Of a stretch of 50,106 nucleotides of DNA, positions 34,728-44,191 are shown in pieces. Within the stretch, counting starts at the first letter, position 1. Each line of letters starts with the position of its first letter. Under the pieces are notes generated by a model. That model was not told the DNA's origin. It did not search any database and saw only the letters and a program-made list of their open reading frames with translations. The translations under genes and the position numbers were made by a program. The DNA is from a virus (lineage: Duplodnaviria; Caudoviricetes), in the IMG/VR virus record IMGVR_UViG_3300043707_000032, positions 1-50,106 of that record. One strand, given 5' to 3'.

Positions 34728-35131
34728 TCACTGCTGCCATGCGCGCCCGGCATTACGAGAAGGGAGACATCATCGCCCACATTGTGCCGGAGTATGCCCA
34801 CCTGAAGCTCGAACCAGACAATTGCTGGGTGGTAGAGGACGAGGAAGGAGTGGTAGTGGGAGCGGTTCTGGTGACGGTGGGCAATGAGATTGCCTGTGTG
34901 ATCCGGGTAGCAGGGTTGCCGGAGGCTCCTCTGAGTTGGGTGTTGTGCGGGCTGCGGATGATGGTAAGGGATCTTCACGAGCGGGGGGTTAAGGTGCTGG
35001 TTGCCTGCTTTAATGTCACCCGGGTGGAGGAGCTGAAGCTGGCTCGTCTGATGCAGAAGGCAGGAGGCGAGCTAGCTCCGCTCTCTGGCTTTGTAGCTGC
35101 AGTGGCGGTCGAGCAAGTGAGGAGGTGGTAA
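34724..35131 (+). CDS. GNAT-fold-like virion assembly protein
   Basis: WVVEDEEGVVVG...ARLMQKAG; typical position between nozzle and ejection proteins. Confidence 0.5.
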   Translation: MITAAMRARHYEKGDIIAHIVPEYAHLKLEPDNCWVVEDEEGVVVGAVLVTVGNEIACVIRVAGLPEAPLSWVLCGLRMMVRDLHERGVKVLVACFNVTRVEELKLARLMQKAGGELAPLSGFVAAVAVEQVRRW

Positions 35132-35676
35132 TGCCCTTCCTGGCTCCGGTAGCTGCCTGGGTGGCCGCCAACGCCACCCTACTGGAAGGCCTGGCGGCTG
35201 TTGCCTCGGTAGGGGCGACCGGGGTGGGCTTGTACGAGCAGAACCAAGCGCAGAAAGCCCAAGCAGCTTACATGCAACAGCAAATGCAGCAACAACAGCA
35301 GGCCACGGCGGGGACGACAACCCAGCAAGCCCAGAGCCAACGGGCCCAGCAGCAGGCTGCTATTGCTCGCCAGTTTCCTAACTTACAAGAGCAGCTAGGT
35401 GGGTCAGCGGCTCCTGACTACCTCATTCACGAATCCGCCACCATGGCTGGTTATCCAGGGGAGGCGAACATTGGGGCGGATGCTTTCCAGCAATTCCTTG
35501 GAGATCGTAACTTGACGGGGACGGCAGCCTCGAACTTGTCCCCCACCACAACCTCTCCAACGCTGGCTACAGGAGGAGCGGCTGCCTTCGCTGGTGGGTC
35601 GACTACGGCCCCATCCACCTTCTGGTCCCGCTATGCCACCGAGCCATCGACTGATGTGAGTGGAGGTCTTGTGTAA
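35125..35676 (+). CDS. Internal virion / DNA ejection protein
   Basis: Ala/Gly hydrophobic N-terminus followed by Gln-rich coiled coil. Confidence 0.6.
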   Translation: MVMPFLAPVAAWVAANATLLEGLAAVASVGATGVGLYEQNQAQKAQAAYMQQQMQQQQQATAGTTTQQAQSQRAQQQAAIARQFPNLQEQLGGSAAPDYLIHESATMAGYPGEANIGADAFQQFLGDRNLTGTAASNLSPTTTSPTLATGGAAAFAGGSTTAPSTFWSRYATEPSTDVSGGLV

Positions 35677-36392
35677 TGGAGAATCTAGCCAAAATCATCT
35701 CTCCGATAGCCCAGGTAGCTGGGCCGGTGATGCAAGGCTGGGGAACAGTCTCTAACATCATCCAAGGACAGCGGCAAGGGCAGCTGCAACAAGCTGCACT
35801 GGCGCAGCAACAGCAGCTGGCTCAACTGGCCGCCAATCCGGCCTTGCTGTCAGCCCGTATCCGTAGTTTGCAGCAGCCTTTAAGCGCCTCCTTGACCCAG
35901 GATGTGGGCAATCAGGTGCAAGGTTACCTGATGGAGCGAGGTTTGGGGCTGAGTCCAAACATTCAGGCAGCTGTGCTAGGTCAGGCTTTGGCTCCCTATT
36001 CGATCCAGGAACAGCAGCTGGCGCAGCAAGCTGCCTTCGAACCTTACCAGATCGGCACCTACGCCACCGAAGCGGCTGGGCGAACCTTCCCACCACCAGC
36101 CAACACTGCCGGGCTGTGGGATAAGCTAGCAGGTCTAACTCAACCTCCGGCTCCCGACCCTGGGCCGGTGTGGGCGGATCTTGGCCGCTGGCCTTCCAGC
36201 GTGCCTCACCCAGGTGGGTCTCCCATGCCTGACGTTACTCCACCTAACATTCAATTCCCAGGTCAGCCTCAATTCCCTGATATAACCTACCCAACCTACA
36301 CCCCTGGGGTAGGAATGCCGCCCTACGCTTCCACCGCTCCCACCTTCCCAACCGATCCAACCAACATTTGGGGGAACAACTTCGGTGGCTAA
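35676..36392 (+). CDS. Internal virion / DNA ejection protein
   Basis: Gln/Ala-rich with Pro-rich tail; gene context. Confidence 0.6.
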   Translation: MENLAKIISPIAQVAGPVMQGWGTVSNIIQGQRQGQLQQAALAQQQQLAQLAANPALLSARIRSLQQPLSASLTQDVGNQVQGYLMERGLGLSPNIQAAVLGQALAPYSIQEQQLAQQAAFEPYQIGTYATEAAGRTFPPPANTAGLWDKLAGLTQPPAPDPGPVWADLGRWPSSVPHPGGSPMPDVTPPNIQFPGQPQFPDITYPTYTPGVGMPPYASTAPTFPTDPTNIWGNNFGG

Positions 36393-37464
36393 CTTCGGCA
36401 ACATCGCTCTTGGTCTCGGCAGTGAAGCAACCAACGTCACGGTTGGGCAGCAGCTGGCTTATGAGAAGGCCAGGCAGCGACGGATCGACTTGCAAGATGC
36501 TCTGATGAATGCTCAGCGTATCCGGGAGTCACAGGCTCAGATTGAGCAGGAGAGGCAGCGCACGTCTCTGGAAGGACGGCGGATGGCCATCCAGGAGGAG
36601 CAAGAGAAGTATGCTCGCCAGCGCCAGCTCAAGCAGATCTTCACCAATCCAGTAACCGGTAAGAGCTATGCCGTCTATGAGCAACCCGACACTGGGCAAG
36701 TTACCACCGAGGAGATGCCTCAGCTGGGTGTAGGGTCGGCAGCTCAGCAACAGTTTCAGCAGACCCAGGAGTTGCTGAAGTTAGGAGGCTACACACCCCA
36801 ACCAGGTCAACCAATGACCGAGCAGATGCGTGACTATTTGGCGACTGTCGAAGGCCGTCCATCCACCCGTTCGAACATGCAAGATTACGTTGACTTCGCC
36901 AAGCAGCTTCCGCCTCCAGCAAAGTTCAAAGTCAAGACTTGGGATCAGATACCTGAACCAACCCGGAGCCAGGCAATAGCCGAGACGGCTATGGGCCTGA
37001 TGAAGACGGCTTACGGAGCTGCCAACTTTGGTTGGTATGGAAGTCGGCCTCCACGCTACAACACAGCCAGCGCGCAGCTAGCTCAGTTCCGCATTCACAA
37101 CCGTATCGTTGAGCAGCAGCTATTACCACTCAAGGCATCCTACGACCGCAGGATCAAATTCCAGGAGGCTCTGGCCACCAACTTGGCCGAGCGGCTGGCG
37201 CAGCAACAGATGATCAACATGGCTATACCGCAGCAAGTGCTCGACAGCATCAATAAGCAGATTCAAACCGCGCTGCAAACGGCAGCCGACCTGGAAGCTG
37301 AGTATGAAGGCATTGCCACACAGCGGCAAGCTGGTTTTGCTGACCCGATGGCTGGTCAACCCGGCCATCCAGCACCCACAGCCATCAATCCCTCAGTCGA
37401 TGAAATCGAAAGGAAGTTACAGAAGGTTGAGCAAGGCGTACAAGCTCCACCTAAGACACCATAA
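36385..37464 (+). CDS. Internal virion / DNA ejection protein
   Basis: Gln-rich coiled coil; gene context. Confidence 0.6.
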   Translation: MANFGNIALGLGSEATNVTVGQQLAYEKARQRRIDLQDALMNAQRIRESQAQIEQERQRTSLEGRRMAIQEEQEKYARQRQLKQIFTNPVTGKSYAVYEQPDTGQVTTEEMPQLGVGSAAQQQFQQTQELLKLGGYTPQPGQPMTEQMRDYLATVEGRPSTRSNMQDYVDFAKQLPPPAKFKVKTWDQIPEPTRSQAIAETAMGLMKTAYGAANFGWYGSRPPRYNTASAQLAQFRIHNRIVEQQLLPLKASYDRRIKFQEALATNLAERLAQQQMINMAIPQQVLDSINKQIQTALQTAADLEAEYEGIATQRQAGFADPMAGQPGHPAPTAINPSVDEIERKLQKVEQGVQAPPKTP

Positions 37465-40400
37465 TGGCGAATGGCGACGACATTCTCGATCGGGTACAGA
37501 AGCTGGCTCCGGCGCAGCGGCGTGAGTTCTTGTCGAGCTTGTCGCCGGATGAGCTGAATCGTCTGAACCTGATGATTGACGCTCGCCATGCTCCCCCACC
37601 CAAAGCAGCTGCCCCGCTTCCCCGGCAGATTCCTCCAGTCGAGTACCCTGAGAATTGGGGAATGCGTCAGGTCAGCTCCTTCGCAGGCCGGTTCCCTTCG
37701 CCGAGTGAAGCGGTTCAGCTCCTGATGACGGGCTCACTGCCAAGCGAGCAAGAAGGGATGATCCCCCAGCTCGAGCTTGACCCATCGATTGGCCCCGTTC
37801 TTGAGGCAGCCCAGAGTGCCGGGGAGATTCCCCCAGCCGGTCCCACAACGTGGCAGCGTCCAGAGCAGGCTATGCGGTTCTTCAAGAACCCTAACAGCCC
37901 AACAGCAGTGGCGCTGCGAAACTACTTTGCCGCCCTGAACAAGTCTACTGAGGTTAACCGGCCTACAGTTAATATCCCCACCCCGATTGCCGGGCTCCAG
38001 CTCCCTATTCCTTTGAGTGGACCGTACTGGAAGCGGACAGCTGAGCAGGCTGCTGAGCTAGGTGGCCAAGCGGTGGCCATGCGCTATGGCCTCGACCCGG
38101 TACAGGCCCTCAAGGACATTTACCACGGGGATGTTGGGGCTCTGGCGGCCACGGCATTGCAGCTGGCGATGATGCGTCGATCGATGAAGCGGCTGCCGAT
38201 GGAGCGGCTAGTTCAACCCAGCCCGAAGATTACCACTCCGATACCGGATGTGGGAGAACCTGGGATAAGAGGGGACATAAGGGAAGCGGCGGCTGGGGTG
38301 CAGCGCCAGTGGATGCGAGCGGGGTTGCCTCCGGAACTGAACAGAGAACGTGCAGCAACGCTACAGGAGGAGGCCAATCGAGCCCTGCAAAAGGCCTACC
38401 CAGGCTTGGCAAAGGGCGAAGCAGCCCGGTTGGCAGAGCAAGGTAAGCAGATTCGCTACCCGATGGAGCTGCCAGCCCATTACCAGAACTATACAGAGAT
38501 CATTACCCGTGATCCTGGTCAGCTCATCCCTGTAGACCTGATCGACTCTCTACCCTACGACACCAACCTGGCAATTCAGGATGAAGCCCTGTTCCAAGGT
38601 CAATTCGAGGAGCACGTTCAGGAGCAGGATGGGGAGCAGATGGAGTTTGCCTGGCGTGGCCCGAGCCAGTTCCAAGGTGGCATGGCCATGCGGCGTGATG
38701 CTGATGGCAAGCTGGTACCGATTGGGGAGATGCGTCCAGGGGGCAAGCGTGCCTACCCATACTTCTGGCCTACTCCGATTGAGGAAATAACTGGTGAGGA
38801 AGCCACCAGGATGGCGCAGACGGCTCCCGCCGTCATTCCGTACTTCGAGCCCAACCAGACATGGGTGCGAAACCGGATAGGCAGCCGGGCTTTACAGCTG
38901 ATGACCATGTTTCGGGCCCGGTCTGAAGCCTTTGCCAGGCTACGCCGTCAAGACATTGAGTCAGGTTTACGCTATGGACGGCCCGGTACACGCCCGATGT
39001 ACGAGCCTACCCAGGGAGTTCACTACACTCCACAGAACTTCCTGAACCGGTTCTACAAAGCCTTAGCGCTGGGGCATGAGCCCCGGCGCACCCCGACGGG
39101 CAGGATCAACCGTCTGCCTTTCCTGGTAGCCGAGTATCTGACGAATGAAGATTTTGCTGGGATGAGCACCATCGAAATCGCCCGACGAGTTCAGAGTTGG
39201 CTGAGGACGGATGCCGAGACCAGTCACAGCTGGGTCCACCCGGAGACCGGGCGTACCACAGTAGAAACTCTAACTGGGGATCAACTGACCTTCAGTGGTT
39301 ATGGTGCATTCAATGTGATGCATCCGCTGGCAGGCTATGGAATTGTGCCACTAGAGTTTCAGACAGCGCAGGAGGCAGTGGATGCAGCCGTCAGCGGGCA
39401 GGGACTACGACCGCCTCCACCCGAGCCGACCGTCAGTGAGCGCCTAGCCCAGATCGTTAAGGACATTCGAGATGGCATCATCTACCACGGCACCACCTTG
39501 GCCGATGCGCAACGCATCATGGGTGGCGGATTCCGGGAGTTGCGGCTAGGCGAGATCACTAACCGGGTGTTGGCGCTGTACGGCAAGACTTGGGCCACCC
39601 TGACTCCTGTCCAGCAGGAATCACTGCTCAATTACTTGTACGGCTATCGTTACGAGTCAAACCGGTTCTCAACTTCCATAGGGGGTGAAGTAGCAGCACG
39701 CTGGGCAGGTTCTGGTGGGGAGGTTGCCAAGGGCATAGAGCAAATCATTCTAGACAGGTGGGGTCCGAATACCTTGCGGTGGGGTGACCCCAATTCCAAG
39801 CTGACCGGGGAGCCAGCTGTGGTAAAGGCTCGAGTCACTGATCGAACTGCCGAACAGTGGGAACGAATCCTACGTGACCTGGAGCAGGTAGAGAACGGAC
39901 TCAAGCGAGGTCACCTAAGCGAAGAAGACGCCATTCGTGCCTTGTGGCAGAGCTACAGTGACAGCAAATTTTCGACCGAGCAGGTTGAGCCAATCCGGGT
40001 TATCAGTGGGCCAGAGCTAGAGCAGCTCAAGCGTGGCCCCACCGAGGCGATTCCACCGGCAGGCCAGAAGCCAGGCGACTTTGTGGTTGCCCGGGATCTG
40101 CGTACTGGCCGGTACAAGCTACTGGTCAGGAAGCTGGTGCCAGCCGTAGAGCGCCAACCTGACCCGATGGTGGCGATGCGCCGTACCACTGACTTCGTCA
40201 ACACGGGTGGCCTGGTCTACGTCGATGAAGCCACTTTAGCCAGGCAGTTGATGGCTACCCGGGGGGCCATGGCTGAGACTCTGCGTGATCTGCGCAACAT
40301 GCAGAGAGAGCTGAAGTCATTGCCAGCTGGAAGCCGTAAGTGGGCTCGCCGCACCGGCAGGCTAGCCGAGATCCAAACTCGCATATCGCAGCTCGATGCT

Positions 40401-43400
40401 GTGCTCCGCCAGCTGGAAGGGCATCGCCGAACGGGGATTCGTCCACTGGTTGATCCTGAGCTGGCCAAGCGTGAGGCCCGGACGTTCGGCAGGGTTGATC
40501 CCCGGGAGCGGCGGATTCAGGTGGCAACGGCGCTGCGCCAGATGCTGATGCAAGTCAAAGATCCCAAGGCCCAGGAGGTGTTGAGGAGGGCGCTGTCGAA
40601 GCGGGTGCTGATGGGCGGGCAGATTGAGGCTCCTAAGGCTGGTACCGTGGCTGCTGCCTACCCTGAGCTTTACCCAAAGGTGATGGCCGAGATGACGAAG
40701 GCGGCGACCTGGAAGGAGCAGATCGCCGATCCAGCCATCAAGGAAGCCAAGCGTCAAGCCAGGTTCGGCCAAGGCACAACGCTGCGGATGGGCTTTGGCA
40801 AAGTGCCGATCGATCCTGAGAGTCGGACCGCCGCTGTGACTGCCTATTGGGAGATTCTGTCGAATGCCGCCAACCAGCTGCGCATCTATAAGACCTTGAT
40901 CGAGGCTAAGGTAAAGCCGCCAGAGAACCTAGCCCGGGCGGTGGAGGAAGGAGAGCTGCTGCGTCAGGTTCGGCGTGGAGCTGAGCTGATGGTCAATCAC
41001 GGCATCAATGTGGGCGACTTGACCAAAGACCCCCTATTCGCTCACTACAACGCCGACGGCAAGTTGACTGAGGCTATTGACTTGATTGTTGAACACGCCA
41101 CTGAGATGAGCATGAAGGGCCGCAAAGGCCTGGCCGGAATGTACGAGATGGTAACCGGCAAGATTCCTCCAGGAGCTGACGAGCCTCCTGACCCACTCAA
41201 GGGTGGGCTGCCATTCGCTGGGATGCCGGGAGAGAAGAGGCCTGACCTGCGAGATGGGGTAAAGGCAGCCAGGAACATGGCGACTCGGCAGATTGCTCGT
41301 ATGTACCGGGCCCGGGGATGGCGCAACCTAGCCTCCTTCCTGACCCTACCTAAGCCCGACCTGGTCAGGAACTCCAACCACTTGGTGTTCATGCACGGCA
41401 ACGTCTACCGGATGCGGCGGCTGGAGGCGATGAAGTTTGCTGACCGGATTCAGCGCTATGCCCGGGAGAACCGGGTAGAGGACTGGCTGCGGGTCGAGCG
41501 CATGGGCTACATCATTCAGGGCACGCCTAAAGGCAGGGCTATGCTCGCAGGGGCACCGCCAGCCGTCTACGAGATTGTGAACGAGATCCGGGAGTTCAAC
41601 TACGAGCAGGAAGAGTTACTGCGAGCAGTCTATGGTGATGGCATCCCACTGCACGAGGCTAAGTACTACCTGGCGCAGGTCTGGAAGCTGCCTAAAGAGC
41701 TGACTGCACCGGGCGGCGTGGGTCCAGACCTGAAGCGGGCTTACCGTACTCTGATGCATGACCCCTTCCTGAAGAGGAAGGCGATTGACAGCTATGAAGT
41801 CGGGGTGGACGAGCTGCACCTGACGCCCCGTTACGACAACATCCTGGACATCATCAAGATCCGCCACGACTTTGCCACCCGGGCAATGATCAACGTGCAG
41901 ATGGCCCAGACCCTTGAAGCGCTTGGGCTGATCATGACCCCAGCTGAAGCCGCCAAGTACGGGATCTCACCTAACCCGAACCGGTGGAGTCTAGGGCAAA
42001 GCGATCCAGAGGCGATCTGGCCCAAGGCAGTGGACGCCAAGGCGTTGGAAAAGGCAACCTGGGTGGGCAAGAACAAGGAGCCTGGCTCAGGCGATATCTA
42101 CGTCGTGCGGCCAGTACTGGTTCATCCTGACGTAAAGGCAGCCGTTGACACTTGGTTTACCACGCCTTTCGACTATGTGCCATTCAACATTGCCGACGCT
42201 CTACGAGCCACTTATAAGAAGTTCCAGCTGATTGGAGGCTTCCACTGGGTAGCGTTGAGTGAAGTGGCGCAGGGTGAGGCGCTAGGCCGCCTGGATCGCA
42301 ACATCAAGGAGTACGGCAAGCAGGCCTTACAGACCGAGTTGTTGGCGCTACCGCTGATTGTGCACAACAGCGAGGTGCGCAAGGGAGTCCGAGACGCTCT
42401 GATTGATGTCTGGACCGAGGGGCGGGAAGGGGAAGCGGCCCGGAGACTGCGGCTCAGGCGAGGTGATCCTCCAATCTTCCGCTACAAGGATGTTGAGGAG
42501 TGGCTACGGGCAGGCTGGTACATGGAAGCGAGTGACCGGGAGCAGCGTTCGGTGCAGCAGCTACGCAACCTCGGTCTAGGCGGCAACCGGGCCACCCTAG
42601 CAGCAACCTGGGCCTTTCGCCGTATTGGCGATTTCCTGTACGTCAATGACAAAGTGTTGTGGGACTACTTCATGATTGGCAACCAGCTAACCTTCATGAA
42701 TAGCGCTTACGCCGATTGGCTGATGGGCAACAAGAACGCCACGCCGGAGATGGCATTTGAGGCTAAGCGGCGGATTGCCGAGCACGCCAACTACGCCTTC
42801 GGCTCGGTGCCTTGGGAGCAACTACTGGCCTCGCCACAAGTAGTGCAGATGCTGAACTGGATGCAGCTGGCTCCTGCCTGGACTTACTCCAACATCCGCA
42901 TGGCGCTCATGGTCATGAACGAAATGTTAGGGTCTCAGGGATATGCACGGCGAGCTGCACGAGCAATCGTGGGTCGTGAGGCTGGACCTCCTCCGCCAGG
43001 TGGGTACATCTCAACCCGGTGGGCATTTGGAGCTTTCCTGAGTTGGTTCCTGCATACCCAGCTCCTGAACTATGCCACGACAGGCTGGTACAACGAGCAG
43101 GACAAGAACGGCAAGCATCCTTCCGACGACCCCAACGCCAAGGTCAGCATCCTGTTTGGCGAGAAGCACTACATGAATGCTGGGCACTTCACCTGGGACA
43201 ATGCCGGTAACCCTTTCCGGGTATTGCTGCCGACCATGCCCCGGAAGGGTCACATGTTCCCCATGGAGACGGTCAACCTGCCCTGGTCAGAGAACGCTAC
43301 GAACATCTTTGCCGGTCGGTACCCTGACGGGAAGGAGCGTTACATCCGGCTAGGCAAGGCCTTCCGTGAGCCTTTCGACTGGGTGCTAAATCCGCTGGGA

Positions 43401-44003
43401 ACGTTTGCCAACAAGCTGTCAACGCCCTTACGGCTCGGCATCACGTTGTTCACCGGGTCAGAGCCTGGTGGTTACCGCATCGTGGAGCAGACCGACGATC
43501 CCGGAGTAGCCATAAAGAAAAAGATGGCCTACTTCTTTGACGTTACCAGTCCATTCAGTATGCAGCTCTTTACCCGATCGCTGGAGCACCAGCTTGATCC
43601 TGGGACGTTTCCAGCCGATCCCGCCGACACTCAGCTGTTCAGTCAACCGACGGTAGCGGGATCGTCGCTGAACCGGGCAGCCAACGCTTACGCCCAGACC
43701 ATGATGGACTACATCGACGACGTGCAGGTGCTGCAGGGGCAGCTGACGACGGCGACCGCGGCCCATGATGATGACCGTGAAGCGTTGATTCAAGGCAGGA
43801 TGGTCCAACGCCAGGAGAAGGTGACTCGGGATCTGCAGATGATCGAGTGGGGAGCAGCCGCCTCCGGCGTTCCCACCTACAAAGTGTGGGGAGCAGCTCG
43901 TAGCCGGGTGCTGCGTCATCAGCATCTGATCATGCCACGAGGTTACTGGGTTGACGATTATGGTCGAGTTCATAAAGGGGAGGCACCATTCCCATGGCCA
44001 TGA
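37464..44003 (+). CDS. Large internal virion (ejection/polyvalent) protein with ART-like domain
   Basis: 2179 aa; last of the ejection cluster; YHGT...I..GGF...FSTS motif at about aa 674-740. Confidence 0.65.
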   Translation: MANGDDILDRVQKLAPAQRREFLSSLSPDELNRLNLMIDARHAPPPKAAAPLPRQIPPVEYPENWGMRQVSSFAGRFPSPSEAVQLLMTGSLPSEQEGMIPQLELDPSIGPVLEAAQSAGEIPPAGPTTWQRPEQAMRFFKNPNSPTAVALRNYFAALNKSTEVNRPTVNIPTPIAGLQLPIPLSGPYWKRTAEQAAELGGQAVAMRYGLDPVQALKDIYHGDVGALAATALQLAMMRRSMKRLPMERLVQPSPKITTPIPDVGEPGIRGDIREAAAGVQRQWMRAGLPPELNRERAATLQEEANRALQKAYPGLAKGEAARLAEQGKQIRYPMELPAHYQNYTEIITRDPGQLIPVDLIDSLPYDTNLAIQDEALFQGQFEEHVQEQDGEQMEFAWRGPSQFQGGMAMRRDADGKLVPIGEMRPGGKRAYPYFWPTPIEEITGEEATRMAQTAPAVIPYFEPNQTWVRNRIGSRALQLMTMFRARSEAFARLRRQDIESGLRYGRPGTRPMYEPTQGVHYTPQNFLNRFYKALALGHEPRRTPTGRINRLPFLVAEYLTNEDFAGMSTIEIARRVQSWLRTDAETSHSWVHPETGRTTVETLTGDQLTFSGYGAFNVMHPLAGYGIVPLEFQTAQEAVDAAVSGQGLRPPPPEPTVSERLAQIVKDIRDGIIYHGTTLADAQRIMGGGFRELRLGEITNRVLALYGKTWATLTPVQQESLLNYLYGYRYESNRFSTSIGGEVAARWAGSGGEVAKGIEQIILDRWGPNTLRWGDPNSKLTGEPAVVKARVTDRTAEQWERILRDLEQVENGLKRGHLSEEDAIRALWQSYSDSKFSTEQVEPIRVISGPELEQLKRGPTEAIPPAGQKPGDFVVARDLRTGRYKLLVRKLVPAVERQPDPMVAMRRTTDFVNTGGLVYVDEATLARQLMATRGAMAETLRDLRNMQRELKSLPAGSRKWARRTGRLAEIQTRISQLDAVLRQLEGHRRTGIRPLVDPELAKREARTFGRVDPRERRIQVATALRQMLMQVKDPKAQEVLRRALSKRVLMGGQIEAPKAGTVAAAYPELYPKVMAEMTKAATWKEQIADPAIKEAKRQARFGQGTTLRMGFGKVPIDPESRTAAVTAYWEILSNAANQLRIYKTLIEAKVKPPENLARAVEEGELLRQVRRGAELMVNHGINVGDLTKDPLFAHYNADGKLTEAIDLIVEHATEMSMKGRKGLAGMYEMVTGKIPPGADEPPDPLKGGLPFAGMPGEKRPDLRDGVKAARNMATRQIARMYRARGWRNLASFLTLPKPDLVRNSNHLVFMHGNVYRMRRLEAMKFADRIQRYARENRVEDWLRVERMGYIIQGTPKGRAMLAGAPPAVYEIVNEIREFNYEQEELLRAVYGDGIPLHEAKYYLAQVWKLPKELTAPGGVGPDLKRAYRTLMHDPFLKRKAIDSYEVGVDELHLTPRYDNILDIIKIRHDFATRAMINVQMAQTLEALGLIMTPAEAAKYGISPNPNRWSLGQSDPEAIWPKAVDAKALEKATWVGKNKEPGSGDIYVVRPVLVHPDVKAAVDTWFTTPFDYVPFNIADALRATYKKFQLIGGFHWVALSEVAQGEALGRLDRNIKEYGKQALQTELLALPLIVHNSEVRKGVRDALIDVWTEGREGEAARRLRLRRGDPPIFRYKDVEEWLRAGWYMEASDREQRSVQQLRNLGLGGNRATLAATWAFRRIGDFLYVNDKVLWDYFMIGNQLTFMNSAYADWLMGNKNATPEMAFEAKRRIAEHANYAFGSVPWEQLLASPQVVQMLNWMQLAPAWTYSNIRMALMVMNEMLGSQGYARRAARAIVGREAGPPPPGGYISTRWAFGAFLSWFLHTQLLNYATTGWYNEQDKNGKHPSDDPNAKVSILFGEKHYMNAGHFTWDNAGNPFRVLLPTMPRKGHMFPMETVNLPWSENATNIFAGRYPDGKERYIRLGKAFREPFDWVLNPLGTFANKLSTPLRLGITLFTGSEPGGYRIVEQTDDPGVAIKKKMAYFFDVTSPFSMQLFTRSLEHQLDPGTFPADPADTQLFSQPTVAGSSLNRAANAYAQTMMDYIDDVQVLQGQLTTATAAHDDDREALIQGRMVQRQEKVTRDLQMIEWGAAASGVPTYKVWGAARSRVLRHQHLIMPRGYWVDDYGRVHKGEAPFPWP

Positions 44004-44191
44004 AGAAGCGCAGTTCAAGGAAGCATCGCACACCAGAGTCGAAGAAGATCAGCCACCTGGTTCGTGAGGAGGGCGTGCCACAGCGGCAGGCGGTGGCGAT
44101 GGCGTTATCGATGAAGCGGGCAGGCCGCCTGACCAAGGAAGGCGGCTATAGGCGGGTAGGCAGGAAACGGAAGCGAGGGGGGAGGCGGTGA
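43994..44191 (+). CDS. 65-aa basic peptide (QAVAxALS family; paralog of 23160)
   Basis: GVPQRQAVAMALSMKRAGRLTKEGGYRRV plus Arg-rich tails. Confidence 0.7.
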   Translation: MAMKKRSSRKHRTPESKKISHLVREEGVPQRQAVAMALSMKRAGRLTKEGGYRRVGRKRKRGGRR

